Below, one piece after another: positions 31,585 to 40,418 of a stretch of DNA of 64,000 nt. Each line of letters opens with the position of its first letter. Position 1 is the first letter of the stretch. The stretch covers positions 64,001 through 128,000 of the forward strand of contig CAWJSR010000003.1 in the NCBI GenBank assembly GCA_963845515.1, read 5' to 3'. The translations under genes were made by a program, and so were the position numbers. The notes under the pieces are model-generated. The model searched no databases. It saw only the letters and a program-made list of their open reading frames with translations, and had not been told where the DNA came from. Source of the stretch: an uncultured delta proteobacterium (lineage in GTDB: Bacteria > Myxococcota > Myxococcia > Myxococcales > Anaeromyxobacteraceae).

Positions 31585-31634
31585 TTCACCAGCGCCCGGC
31601 CCCCCTTCGCAAGCTCCCCTGCCAGCCTGGCAAG
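31585..31634 (+). promoter_or_regulatory. Three imperfect direct repeats at 21-bp period (candidate LytTR/RcoM site)
   Basis: TTCACCAG 31585, TTCGCAAG 31606, CTGGCAAG 31627; CACAAT -10-like element at 31683. Confidence 0.5.
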
Positions 31635-31712
31635 TCCCACCGCGGCGCCACCCGGCGTTGGCCGTAGGGTCGTGCGGCTCGCCACAATCCATTGCCTCTC
31701 GGGAGGAGCTCC

Positions 31713-33647
31713 ATGAGCGTCGACGTGACCCAGATCAGGAAGCCCGGCGCGGGTCGCAGCGCCGACCCCGTCGCGATCGAGATGCTCCAGATCGCCGACA
31801 GGGATGGTCACTCCACCGTCTGGTCGCGCCTCGCTGAACAGCAGCCCCAGTGCAGCTACGGCCAGCTCGGTACCTGCTGCCGGATCTGCGCGATGGGGCC
31901 GTGCCGCATCGACCCGTTCGGCCACGGGCCGCAGCGCGGGGTCTGCGGCGCCGACGCCGACACCATCGTGGCCCGGAACCTGGCGCGGATGGTCGCCGTC
32001 GGCTCCTCCGCCCACTCCGACCACGGCCGCAAGGCGGCGCTCCTCCTGGGCGAGGTGGCCGCTGGCCGGAACAAGGAGTATCGGATCTCCGACGAGGCCA
32101 AGCTCCGACGGGTGGCCACCAAGCTGGGCATCGAGGAGCAGGGTCGATCGGCCGCCGAGGTGGCCGCCGACGTCTCCCGCGAGGCCGTGGGCTGCTTCGG
32201 CAAGCAGGACGACGCGCCGATCCGCTTCCTCCAGAAGTACATGCCGCGCAAGCGGTTCGAGCGGCTCCAGACCATGGAGAAGGCGCTCTCCGACAAGACC
32301 AGCTCGGAGATCGGGCTCCTGCCGCGCGGCATCGATCGCGAGGCGGTGGACATCCTCCACCGCACCCACTTCGGCTGCGACGCGGATCCCTTGTCGCTGG
32401 TGGCGCAGTCGGTTCGCTGCGCCCTCTCCGACGGATGGGGCGGCTCACTCATCGCGACCGAGATCCAGGACGTGCTCCTCGGCACCCCCCAGGTGCGCAA
32501 GGTGTCGGCCAACCTTGGCGTGCTCGAGCCCGAGAGCGTCAACGTGGTGGTCCACGGTCACGAGCCCATCCTCTCCGCCAAGATCGTGGAGGTCGCGCAG
32601 GACCCCGCCCTGGCGGAGGCGGCGCGGGCAGTGGGTGCAAGGCGCATCAACGTGGTCGGCGTGTGCTGCACCGGCAACGAGGTGCTCCTGCGCCAGGGCG
32701 TTGGAATGGCCGGCAACGAGGGTGACACCGAGCTGGTCGTGATGACCGGCGTGGTGGACGCGATGGTGGTGGACGTCCAGTGCATCTACCCCGCCCTGGC
32801 GGACCTTGCGGCCTGCTTCCACACGCAGCTCATCACCACCAGCGACCAGGCGAAGATCCCCGGCGCCCGCCACGTCCAGTTCCACGAGGACACCGCCAGC
32901 GAGAACGCACGTCGAATCATCCAGTTGGCCATCGAGGCATACCCGACGAGGAACAAGGCCAGGATCCACGTTCCGACGACGCGGTCGACCGGCTACGTGG
33001 GCTTCACCGTCGAGGAGATCCTCAGGGTGCTCGGCGGCACGCCGGCGCCGCTCGTCGAGCAGATCGTGAAGGGGAACATCAAGGGGGTCGCCGGGCTCGT
33101 CGGCTGCAACAACGCCAAGGTGCCGCAGGACTCCTTCCACCGCGCCCTCACCGCCGAGCTCATCCGCCGGGACATCCTGGTCATCGGGACCGGCTGCTGG
33201 GGGATCGCCGCGTGCAAGGCAGGCTTCATGGACCTCTCGGCCCGTGAGCAGGCGGGGCCGGGGCTCGCCGCGGTCTGCGAGGCGCTCGAGATCCCGCCGG
33301 TCCTGCACATGGGCTCATGCGTGGACTGCTCTCGCATGCTGGTCCTCGCGGGCGCCATCGCCGACCACCTGTCAGTGGACATCTCGGACCTGCCCCTGGT
33401 CGGCTCGGCGCCGGAGTGGACGACCGAGAAGGCCGTCGCCATCGGCACCTACTTCGTCGGCTCCGGGATCCCGGTGCACCTCTGGCCCGTCCCGCCGATC
33501 CTCGGCGGCCCCGTGGTGACCCGCCTGCTCACGCAGGACGCAAGGGACGTGTTCGGCGGCTACTTCTTCGTGGAGGAGGACCCCATCGCCACGGCGAACA
33601 AGATGGAGTCGATCATCATGGAGCGGCGCAAGGGGCTCGGCATCTAG
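31713..33647 (+). CDS. cooS: Anaerobic Ni-dependent carbon monoxide dehydrogenase catalytic subunit
   Basis: QCSYG..GTCCRICAMGPC..GVCG (D/B clusters), AHSDH, HGHEP, CCTGNE, DVQC, GCNN, TGC, GSCVD, EKA; all C-cluster ligand motifs present. Confidence 0.97.
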   Translation: MSVDVTQIRKPGAGRSADPVAIEMLQIADRDGHSTVWSRLAEQQPQCSYGQLGTCCRICAMGPCRIDPFGHGPQRGVCGADADTIVARNLARMVAVGSSAHSDHGRKAALLLGEVAAGRNKEYRISDEAKLRRVATKLGIEEQGRSAAEVAADVSREAVGCFGKQDDAPIRFLQKYMPRKRFERLQTMEKALSDKTSSEIGLLPRGIDREAVDILHRTHFGCDADPLSLVAQSVRCALSDGWGGSLIATEIQDVLLGTPQVRKVSANLGVLEPESVNVVVHGHEPILSAKIVEVAQDPALAEAARAVGARRINVVGVCCTGNEVLLRQGVGMAGNEGDTELVVMTGVVDAMVVDVQCIYPALADLAACFHTQLITTSDQAKIPGARHVQFHEDTASENARRIIQLAIEAYPTRNKARIHVPTTRSTGYVGFTVEEILRVLGGTPAPLVEQIVKGNIKGVAGLVGCNNAKVPQDSFHRALTAELIRRDILVIGTGCWGIAACKAGFMDLSAREQAGPGLAAVCEALEIPPVLHMGSCVDCSRMLVLAGAIADHLSVDISDLPLVGSAPEWTTEKAVAIGTYFVGSGIPVHLWPVPPILGGPVVTRLLTQDARDVFGGYFFVEEDPIATANKMESIIMERRKGLGI

Positions 33648-33673
33648 CCGACCCGGGTCGAGCGGAGGTCATC

Positions 33674-34648
33674 GTGTGCGTCGTCAAGGGTTCAAGGATG
33701 GTCGTCACCGGGAAGGGCGGCGTCGGGAAGACGACGCTGGTCTCCTGCCTCGCCGCGGTGATGGCGCGCGGAGGGAGCCGGGTCCTCGCGGTGGACGCCG
33801 ACCCGCAGATGAACCTGGCCCGAGCGCTCGGGCTCGACCGGGAGGCCGCGGCCCGCATCGTCCCGCTCGGCGACAACGCCGACTACGTCGAGGAGAAGAC
33901 GGGGGTTCGCCCCGGGCCCGGGAGCATGGGCTCGCTCTTCAAGCTCAACCCTGACGTCGACGACGTCGTCGAGCGCTTCGGCGTCAAAGTGAAGCCGGGG
34001 CTCGGGCTGCTGGTGATGGGCACCGTGCGGCGCGCGGGTGGGGGGTGCCTGTGCGCCGAGAACGTCCTGCTCGAGAGCGTCATCGGCAGGCTTGGCCTGC
34101 AGGTCGACGACCTGGTCCTGCTGGACACCCAGGCCGGGATGGAGCACTTCGGTCGCGGGCTCGCGCGCGGCTTCGACCGCTGCCTCGTCGTCACCGATCC
34201 GACGCTCAACAGCTTCACCGTGGCGTGCCGCTCGGCGGTGCTGGCGAGGCAGAGCGGCATCCTGGACGTGACGCTCCTGGTCAACCGGTCGGGGCCGAAC
34301 CTGGAGCAGAAGCTCGCCAGGCTCTTCGCCGAAGCCGGTGAGCCCGTGGAGCAGCTCTTCGAGGCCGTCGTCCTGCTGCCGGAGGAGCCCCGCCTGGCGG
34401 AGCTCGATCCCGACGTGACGGCGATCCTGGACGAGGCGAGCCCATACGCCGCCGCCATCCATGCGCTCGCCGAGCGGCTCCGCCCGCGCGACTGCGGCTG
34501 CACGGCGAGGCGCGCAGCGGCGGCAGCGGTCGCTGCGGAGGGGGGACACGGCCACGTTCACACCCACGGTGGTCACCCCCACAGTCACGCCCACGGTCAC
34601 GATCACGGCCACGATCACCAGAGCGGGCCGGAGAGAGGGAGAACATGA
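33674..34648 (+). CDS. cooC: CooC nickel-insertion ATPase with a His-rich tail
   Basis: GKGGVGKTT, VDADP, LLVMG..GCLCAE, DTQAGMEHFGRG; 12-His tail. Confidence 0.92.
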   Translation: MCVVKGSRMVVTGKGGVGKTTLVSCLAAVMARGGSRVLAVDADPQMNLARALGLDREAAARIVPLGDNADYVEEKTGVRPGPGSMGSLFKLNPDVDDVVERFGVKVKPGLGLLVMGTVRRAGGGCLCAENVLLESVIGRLGLQVDDLVLLDTQAGMEHFGRGLARGFDRCLVVTDPTLNSFTVACRSAVLARQSGILDVTLLVNRSGPNLEQKLARLFAEAGEPVEQLFEAVVLLPEEPRLAELDPDVTAILDEASPYAAAIHALAERLRPRDCGCTARRAAAAAVAAEGGHGHVHTHGGHPHSHAHGHDHGHDHQSGPERGRT

Positions 34649-35241
34649 AGAAGGTTCTCGTCGACCACCGGAAGTGTCTCGCCTGCAAGGCCTGCGAGTC
34701 GGCCTGCGCGGTTGCGCACCACCCGACCCGCAGCCTCCTGGGCGCGCTGGGCGATCGCAAGACGCAGGTCAACGTCCGGGTGATCGCTGTCGATCATGAA
34801 TCCTTCCCGCTCTCCTGCCGACACTGCGACCCGGCCGACTGCCTCAACGCCTGCCCATCGGGAGCGATCCGGCGGGACGCCGACACCGGCGCCGTGCTGC
34901 TGGACGCCGCGATGTGCAAGGCGTGCGGGATGTGCGCGATGGTCTGCCCCTTCGATGCCATCTCGTTCCAGGTCACGCACGCCTCGCCCTACGGCCGCGA
35001 CGTGGCCTACAAGTGCGACCTCTGCGTGGAGCGGCTGAGGGAGGGCGGCTCCCCCGCGTGCGTGGAGGCCTGCCACTCGCAGGCGCTCGTCTTCTCCGAG
35101 GTCGAGGCCTTCCGGGGCCAGCGAGGGCGCCAGGCGCTGCGCCACTACCTCCGGGGCGAGGAGGCCATGCCCGCAACCATCGAGGCCTTCCGCGAGCTCC
35201 GCAAGCAGGAGTGCGCCAGGCGACAGAAGGGCAGTCCGTGA
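34645..35241 (+). CDS. cooF: CooF-like 4x[4Fe-4S] protein
   Basis: CLACKACESAC, CRHC..ADCLNACP, CKACGMCAMVCP, KCDLC..PACVEAC; ATGA overlap. Confidence 0.9.
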   Translation: MKKVLVDHRKCLACKACESACAVAHHPTRSLLGALGDRKTQVNVRVIAVDHESFPLSCRHCDPADCLNACPSGAIRRDADTGAVLLDAAMCKACGMCAMVCPFDAISFQVTHASPYGRDVAYKCDLCVERLREGGSPACVEACHSQALVFSEVEAFRGQRGRQALRHYLRGEEAMPATIEAFRELRKQECARRQKGSP

Positions 35242-36461
35242 AGGTCGTGACGGTCGGCACCGGGATGGCCGCCGCCGAGTTCGTGCAGCGGCTCCGGCTG
35301 GAGGGCTTCACGGGCGACGTGAGCATGATGGGCGACGAGCCCTTCGCGCCATACTCCCCGTGCGTGATCCCGTTCTTCCTCGCGGGCGACCCCATCGAGA
35401 CCGTCTACTGGAAGGGGGCTGACTTCTACGCCAGCCACGCGGTCACGCCGCTCCTCGGCGATCCCGTCGTCGAGGTGGACACGGAGCGGAGGGTGGTCCG
35501 GACCGCCGCGGGGCGCGCCGAGGGGTACGACCGGCTCTTCTTCGCGACTGGCGGGCGGAGCTGGTACCCGCGCCCGGACTGGCTCGAGACGCGGGGGGTC
35601 TTCGGCTTCAAGACGCTGACGGACATGCTGGCCATCGACCGCTACATCCGGGAGACGGGCGCGCAGCGAGCGGTGGTGTTCGGCGGAGGGTTCATCGGAG
35701 TGGACGCGGCGCTGGCCCTCTGGCACCGGGGGCTGAAGGTCTCGCTGGTCCACCGGAACAACAGGCTGCTCTCCCAGATGACCGACGAGGAGGGCGGGCA
35801 GTTCGCGACCGGGCGGCTCGCGGCGCGGACCGGGATCGACGTCCGGCTGCGCACGACCGTGGAGGAGCTGCGGGCCGCGAACGGGCAGCTCACCGGGGCG
35901 CGGCTCGCGACTGGCGAGTGGCTGGACACGACGCTCCTGGTCGTGTCGATCGGCGTGACGCCCAACTCGCAGCCGCTGGCGCGCGGGGACAAGGGCGTGG
36001 CCGCCGACGACCGGATGATGGCGGCGACCGACGTCTACGTGGCCGGCGACGTCGCGTCGACCCACCACGCCGTGACCGGGGCGAGCGGCATCTTCGCCAC
36101 CTATCCGAACGCCATGATGCAGGCGCGCGTAGCGGCGCGCCACCTGGTGCACGGCGTCGGCTCCTACGGCGGCTCGGTCAACACCAACGTGTTGAAGAAG
36201 CACATCGACTTCCCCATCGTCTCGGCGGGCACCTTCGCCGGGGAGCCGGTCACCTGGCAGCGGGGCGACATCTGGCGTCGCGTCTACCTCCTGGACGGCC
36301 GGATCAACGGCTACCTGGTGGTGGGCGACACCCGCATGTCCGGGTACCTCTACCACCTCTATCTCTCGAGGCGCCGGGTCGACCGCTTCATCCGCGAGGT
36401 GCTCTCGCAGCCCGGCCACGACGGGTACTATCGGATGGCGCTGGGGCTCCAGCCAGCCTGA
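35238..36461 (+). CDS. FAD/NAD(P)-dependent oxidoreductase (FNOR type)
   Basis: VGTGMAA, YSPCVIP, FATGG, FGGGFIG, VYVAGD; GTGA overlap. Confidence 0.92.
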   Translation: MKVVTVGTGMAAAEFVQRLRLEGFTGDVSMMGDEPFAPYSPCVIPFFLAGDPIETVYWKGADFYASHAVTPLLGDPVVEVDTERRVVRTAAGRAEGYDRLFFATGGRSWYPRPDWLETRGVFGFKTLTDMLAIDRYIRETGAQRAVVFGGGFIGVDAALALWHRGLKVSLVHRNNRLLSQMTDEEGGQFATGRLAARTGIDVRLRTTVEELRAANGQLTGARLATGEWLDTTLLVVSIGVTPNSQPLARGDKGVAADDRMMAATDVYVAGDVASTHHAVTGASGIFATYPNAMMQARVAARHLVHGVGSYGGSVNTNVLKKHIDFPIVSAGTFAGEPVTWQRGDIWRRVYLLDGRINGYLVVGDTRMSGYLYHLYLSRRRVDRFIREVLSQPGHDGYYRMALGLQPA

Positions 36462-36535
36462 TCGCCTCACCCCGTTGAAGCCTGGCGCGGGAGATCAGGG
36501 TAAGAAGAGGGCGTCACCTTCCACGGGAGCCCCAC

Positions 36536-36781
36536 ATGCCGACCGAAGACGAGCTGAAGGCCGAGCTGGCGAAGCTGAAGGCGGAGAACGAGGCACTGAA
36601 GGCGCGCCCCGCGCGGGCCATCTCGATGAAGGTGAGCGAGAAGGGCGGCCTCTCGGTATACGGCCTCGGCCGCTTCCCGGTGACGCTCTACCAGGAGCAG
36701 TGGACGAAGCTCCTCGACATGGGCGAGGAGATCCGCACCTTCATCAAGGAGAACCAGGGGACGTTGAAGAAGAAGGAGTAG
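36536..36781 (+). CDS. Small conserved hypothetical protein (coiled coil plus KVSEKGGLSVYGLGRFPVTLY domain)
   Basis: RBS GGGAG; strong codon bias. Confidence 0.85.
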   Translation: MPTEDELKAELAKLKAENEALKARPARAISMKVSEKGGLSVYGLGRFPVTLYQEQWTKLLDMGEEIRTFIKENQGTLKKKE

Positions 36782-36787
36782 GGGCTC

Positions 36788-37192
36788 GTGAAGACCTCGT
36801 CCGAGTTCGCGGACTTCGGCCTCGACCTCTTCGCGGGCCTCGGCGGAGCGGAGGTGCGCTCGATGTTCGGGGGCCACGCCTTCTTCGTCGGTCCGGCGAT
36901 GTTCGCCATCGGCGACGCCGACGAGTGGAAGCTCTGGCTCAAGGTGGACGACGCGACCCGCGAGCGCTTCGAGGCGGCCGGCGGCGTCGCGTTCACCTAC
37001 GAGAGCAAGGGCGGACGGAGCACGACGATGTCCTTCGTCACGCCCCCCGACGACGCGATGGAGGAGGCCGAGGCGATGCTCCCCTGGGCGCGCCTCGCGC
37101 TGGAGGCGGCCGAGCGGGCGGTGGCGAAGCGGCGGCCGAAGCCGAAGCCGAAGCCGCGAGCCGCTCCGCGGCGTCGCGCCACGCGCCGCTGA
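36788..37192 (+). CDS. TfoX/Sxy N-terminal-domain family protein
   Basis: VRSMFGGH..MFAI..LWLKVD..F..AG..FTY..WARLA. Confidence 0.88.
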   Translation: MKTSSEFADFGLDLFAGLGGAEVRSMFGGHAFFVGPAMFAIGDADEWKLWLKVDDATRERFEAAGGVAFTYESKGGRSTTMSFVTPPDDAMEEAEAMLPWARLALEAAERAVAKRRPKPKPKPRAAPRRRATRR

Positions 37193-38285
37193 GCCGGGAC
37201 GAGAGGGCAAGCCCCTCCTCGAAGGACGGCCCGTCGGGCACCACCTTCGAGGCGCGGTCGAGCAGGAGCGCCTCGAGCGCCAGCTCCTCGAAGAGTGCCC
37301 TCGCGGCGCCGTCGTCCAGCCCCAACGCGGCCAGGGCGGCGGAGCGCCCGCCCCTCCCGGTCGTGGTGAGCCACGCCCGCTCCGCGTCCGCCACCTGCTC
37401 CGGGCTCGCGCGAAGCCCCAGCGACCGCGCGAAGCCGGCGAGCAGGGCGTGGCGCAGCCCGTCAGCGGCCAGCTGGCCGGCGTCCGGGAGCCGATGGAGC
37501 GCTGCGAGGACGTCGGCGCCACGAACCGCGCCGCCTGGCGTGATCGACGTGGCCTCGGCGAGCCGGCGCCTCCGCGCGTGAGACGGGAGCGGCGGCAGGC
37601 GCGTCGCCAGCGGTGGCGCCCCAGCGCGACGCGCAGCGACCCACTCGCTCGCGGCCAGGATGGTCGCGCGGGCGTCCTGCGCCTTCAGGCTCGGCGCGCT
37701 CTTGAAGAACGGAAGGAGCAGGAGCCGATCCCGGCCCGGGATCCGCGCGGTCTCGAAGATCCGGTCCCAGGTCCTGTCGCCGAAGTGGAGCGCCTGCGCC
37801 GCGGTGAGGATCGCCCGGGCCGCGGGCGGGTGGAGCAGGTCGCGCCTGGCGGCCTGCACGATGGCCCAGCGGACGTCCACGAGCGGCACCGAGAAGGGGC
37901 GCGAGCCGTGCTCGGCCGGCGCGTGGTAGAGCGCCACCTCGTCGTCGTCGACCAGCGCGCCGTCGCGGTACCAGCCGAAGACCGTTCCGATGCCGACGAC
38001 CCCGAGCGGCCAGAGCTCCGCCGCCCGGAGCGCACCCATGCTGCCGCCGCCGTAGACGGCCACTCCCGCGTCGAGCGCCGCGAGCAGCTCGTGGTGCCAG
38101 ACCGAGGGCGCCCCCTCGAAGACGCCGTCGACGAGCGCGATGGCGAGCGGCCGCCGCGGGAGGACGGCGAAGACGTCGCCGGCCTTCGCGGGCGGCAGGA
38201 CAGTGCAGCGGGCGAGCGCGCGCGCCTCGTCCGCGGGCAGCGAGGGGCCGAGGAAGACGACGAGGTCACCCGGGTTCTCCCTCAC
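37038..38285 (-). CDS. tfuA: TfuA-like protein with a C-terminal helical extension
   Basis: VVFLGPSL, PPAKAGD, LVDGVF..PSVWHHE, GGGSMGALRAAEL, DDDEVAL.H, SVPLVDVR, LKAQDA. Confidence 0.92.
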   Translation of the reverse strand: MRENPGDLVVFLGPSLPADEARALARCTVLPPAKAGDVFAVLPRRPLAIALVDGVFEGAPSVWHHELLAALDAGVAVYGGGSMGALRAAELWPLGVVGIGTVFGWYRDGALVDDDEVALYHAPAEHGSRPFSVPLVDVRWAIVQAARRDLLHPPAARAILTAAQALHFGDRTWDRIFETARIPGRDRLLLLPFFKSAPSLKAQDARATILAASEWVAARRAGAPPLATRLPPLPSHARRRRLAEATSITPGGAVRGADVLAALHRLPDAGQLAADGLRHALLAGFARSLGLRASPEQVADAERAWLTTTGRGGRSAALAALGLDDGAARALFEELALEALLLDRASKVVPDGPSFEEGLALSSRLSGAWRDAAERLAASASASAAASPPPARPPPARGAPRGASPRPPPSRRRGA

Positions 38286-38299
38286 CCTTGAATGAATCG

Positions 38300-38342
38300 C
38301 ACCTCTCCCCCGCGCCGGCGGGGGAGAGGCTGGGTGAGGGGG
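38300..38342. repeat. REP-like palindrome
   Basis: CCTCTCCCCCGC-GCCG-GCGGGGGAGAGG hairpin plus CTGGGTGAGGGGG; lies between ycaO and tfuA. Confidence 0.85.
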
Positions 38343-38353
38343 AGCCCGTGGAC

Positions 38354-39460
38354 TCACAGCAACTCCGACAGCAGCAGCCCGGGGACGATCACCTTCACGA
38401 CGTGGACGCCCGGGGGAGAGGGGAGATTCGCAGCGACCGCGCGATCGAAGCCGGCGCGCCGGAGCCTGGAGATGACGAGCTTCACGCCGGCTCGCGACGT
38501 GGCGGCCCTGCGGCTCGGAAGCGCCACCGCGTCGCGCACGGGGCGAGCTCTGGCGCAGGCGGCGGCGATGGGGAGCGCGGCGTCCCGCCCCGAGATCGCG
38601 ACGTCCTCGCGCGCGCCGTGGATCTCCGTCAGGCGCGACTGCGCAGCCTCGAGGAGCGCGGCGGAGAGCGCGTCGTCCCGGTCGAGCCGGCAGGCGTAGC
38701 CCGCGGCGACCGGGACGGGCCCCTCGTCGAGGTCCACCAGCAACGCCGCTGCGACGGGGAGGCCGATCGCGTCCCCCTCGGGGGCGGCGTCGAGGAGGTG
38801 AACGGCGAACCGGCGCGCGGCGAGCGTCTCCGCGAGCGCCGAGGTCCTGGGCGCGGCGCGGGCGAGCGACGCCGGGGCGATGAGCCGCCGGCGGAGCAGG
38901 GCCGGCGTGAAGCCGACCGGGAAGGCGCGGGCTAGCCGGTCCCGCTCCACCGCCTCCAGCAGGGCGTGGAGGAGCGCCGAGTCCCGATCCGGATGCGCCC
39001 CCATCGCGTTGGAGCTCCAGGGGACCACCGCAGGCCCCAGCGACGGCGCGCCCGGCGGCGGACAGAAGACGGCGTGGCCCGGGACCATGATCGGCTCGCC
39101 GGTCATGAGATCCTCGGCCTGGTACCAGCCGATCCTGGCCGCGGCGATGGCCGGATCCATCGCCAGCGCGAGCGCCTCGGGAGCGATGAAGGCGCCGCCG
39201 ACCTCGGCGGCGAGCTCAGCGACCGTGGCGACGATCGGCGGGGGTGGGCGCTCGGCCCCCCAGAGCTCGCACGCCTCGAGGACGGCCCCGGCGGCGGCCC
39301 GCTCGAAGGAGAGCCCCTTCCCGTTGGAGACCTGGAGGACGTGACCGCCCGGCCTGATGGCGCAGGCGACCTCGACGCCGGCGCGGTCCAGCCCGGTGAT
39401 CCGGGCGACGCGCGTGACGCCGATGGCGCGCGCGACGTCGCGCTGGAGCGCGTCGTTCAC
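38354..39460 (-). CDS. ycaO: YcaO-family protein (TfuA-associated type)
   Basis: GVTRVARITGLDRAG, SNGKG, LEACE, SSNAMGA..ALLEAVERD, AGYAC, ALLEAAQSRLTEIHGARED, VVKVIVPGL; GTGA overlap with the sirtuin. Confidence 0.92.
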   Translation of the reverse strand: MNDALQRDVARAIGVTRVARITGLDRAGVEVACAIRPGGHVLQVSNGKGLSFERAAAGAVLEACELWGAERPPPPIVATVAELAAEVGGAFIAPEALALAMDPAIAAARIGWYQAEDLMTGEPIMVPGHAVFCPPPGAPSLGPAVVPWSSNAMGAHPDRDSALLHALLEAVERDRLARAFPVGFTPALLRRRLIAPASLARAAPRTSALAETLAARRFAVHLLDAAPEGDAIGLPVAAALLVDLDEGPVPVAAGYACRLDRDDALSAALLEAAQSRLTEIHGAREDVAISGRDAALPIAAACARARPVRDAVALPSRRAATSRAGVKLVISRLRRAGFDRAVAANLPSPPGVHVVKVIVPGLLLSELL

Positions 39461-40290
39461 GCCGCGCCGCCGAGCGCCCGGTCGATGGCGCCCAGCCCCT
39501 CCAGCGCACCGGCCGCCATGGAGACGTGCTCGGGGCCGATCTGCGGCTCGCGCGGGTTGATGCGTACGACGAGCCCACCGCGTCCGCCGAGCCGCTCGGA
39601 CGCGAAGCGGATGGTGGGGATCGCGGTGCCGGCCCCCATCTCGATCACGACGGTTCGATCGCCGACGTGCTGCTCCGCGAAGGCGTCCAGGCGCCGCTGC
39701 TGGTCGTACGTCCGGTCGGCGACCCAGCCGAAGTCGCCGAACATGAGGATGTTCGGGCGCGCGACGCCGCCGCAGGCGGGGCAGCGCGGGATGCGGCTCG
39801 CGCGCATCGTGCCGGGGTCCACCGGGACCTCCTCCCGGTTCGGCCAGATGCGATCGCTGCAGCCGGCGATGCACTGGAGGTGGTGGATCGACCCGTGGAC
39901 CTCGAGGATCCGCTCCTCGTCGAAGCCCGCCTTCTGGAACTGGCCGTCGACGTTCGACGTGACGACGAAGGACTGGAGCGAGAAGCGCTCGATCCAGCGC
40001 CGCAGGATCCCGAAGCCGGCGTGCGGGACGGTCGCCCGGTAGAGGTTCAGGCGGTGGCCGTAGAAGCCCCAGCCGAAGGCCGGGTCGTCGCCGAAGTGCG
40101 TCGGGTTGGCCGCGTCCATGAACGACAGCCCCAGCCGCTCGTACATCGGGTAGGCCTTCCAGAACCCCTGGTCGCCGCGGAAATCGGGGAGGCCGGAGTC
40201 GACCCCCATCCCGGCACCGGCGGTGATGACCAGCGATCTGGCCGCCTCGAGCGCCCGCGCGGCGCGGAGCGCGGCCTCCGATGGTGACAT
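39457..40290 (-). CDS. Sir2/sirtuin-family NAD-dependent enzyme
   Basis: AGAGMGVDSGLPDFRG, TSNVDGQF, EVHGS, C..C/CPACG Zn site, RPNILMFGD, INP. Confidence 0.93.
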   Translation of the reverse strand: MSPSEAALRAARALEAARSLVITAGAGMGVDSGLPDFRGDQGFWKAYPMYERLGLSFMDAANPTHFGDDPAFGWGFYGHRLNLYRATVPHAGFGILRRWIERFSLQSFVVTSNVDGQFQKAGFDEERILEVHGSIHHLQCIAGCSDRIWPNREEVPVDPGTMRASRIPRCPACGGVARPNILMFGDFGWVADRTYDQQRRLDAFAEQHVGDRTVVIEMGAGTAIPTIRFASERLGGRGGLVVRINPREPQIGPEHVSMAAGALEGLGAIDRALGGAA

Positions 40291-40418
40291 GCGGCGATGA
40301 GAGCATGCCCCCGGGGTGACGTCGAGCGTGGGCGTTTCGGCGCAGGCACCGTGGAGCGTCTCGGACCCCGATCCGCTTGCATGGAAACCGCCCCGACGCG
40401 GTGTAGACTCCTCAGGCC

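Noticed and set aside
39457..40290. Sirtuin as an anti-phage SIR2 effector (Thoeris/DSR/pAgo type)
   Set aside because: It has the Zn-binding subdomain and HG motif of classical sirtuins, and no TIR, HerA or Argonaute partner is adjacent.
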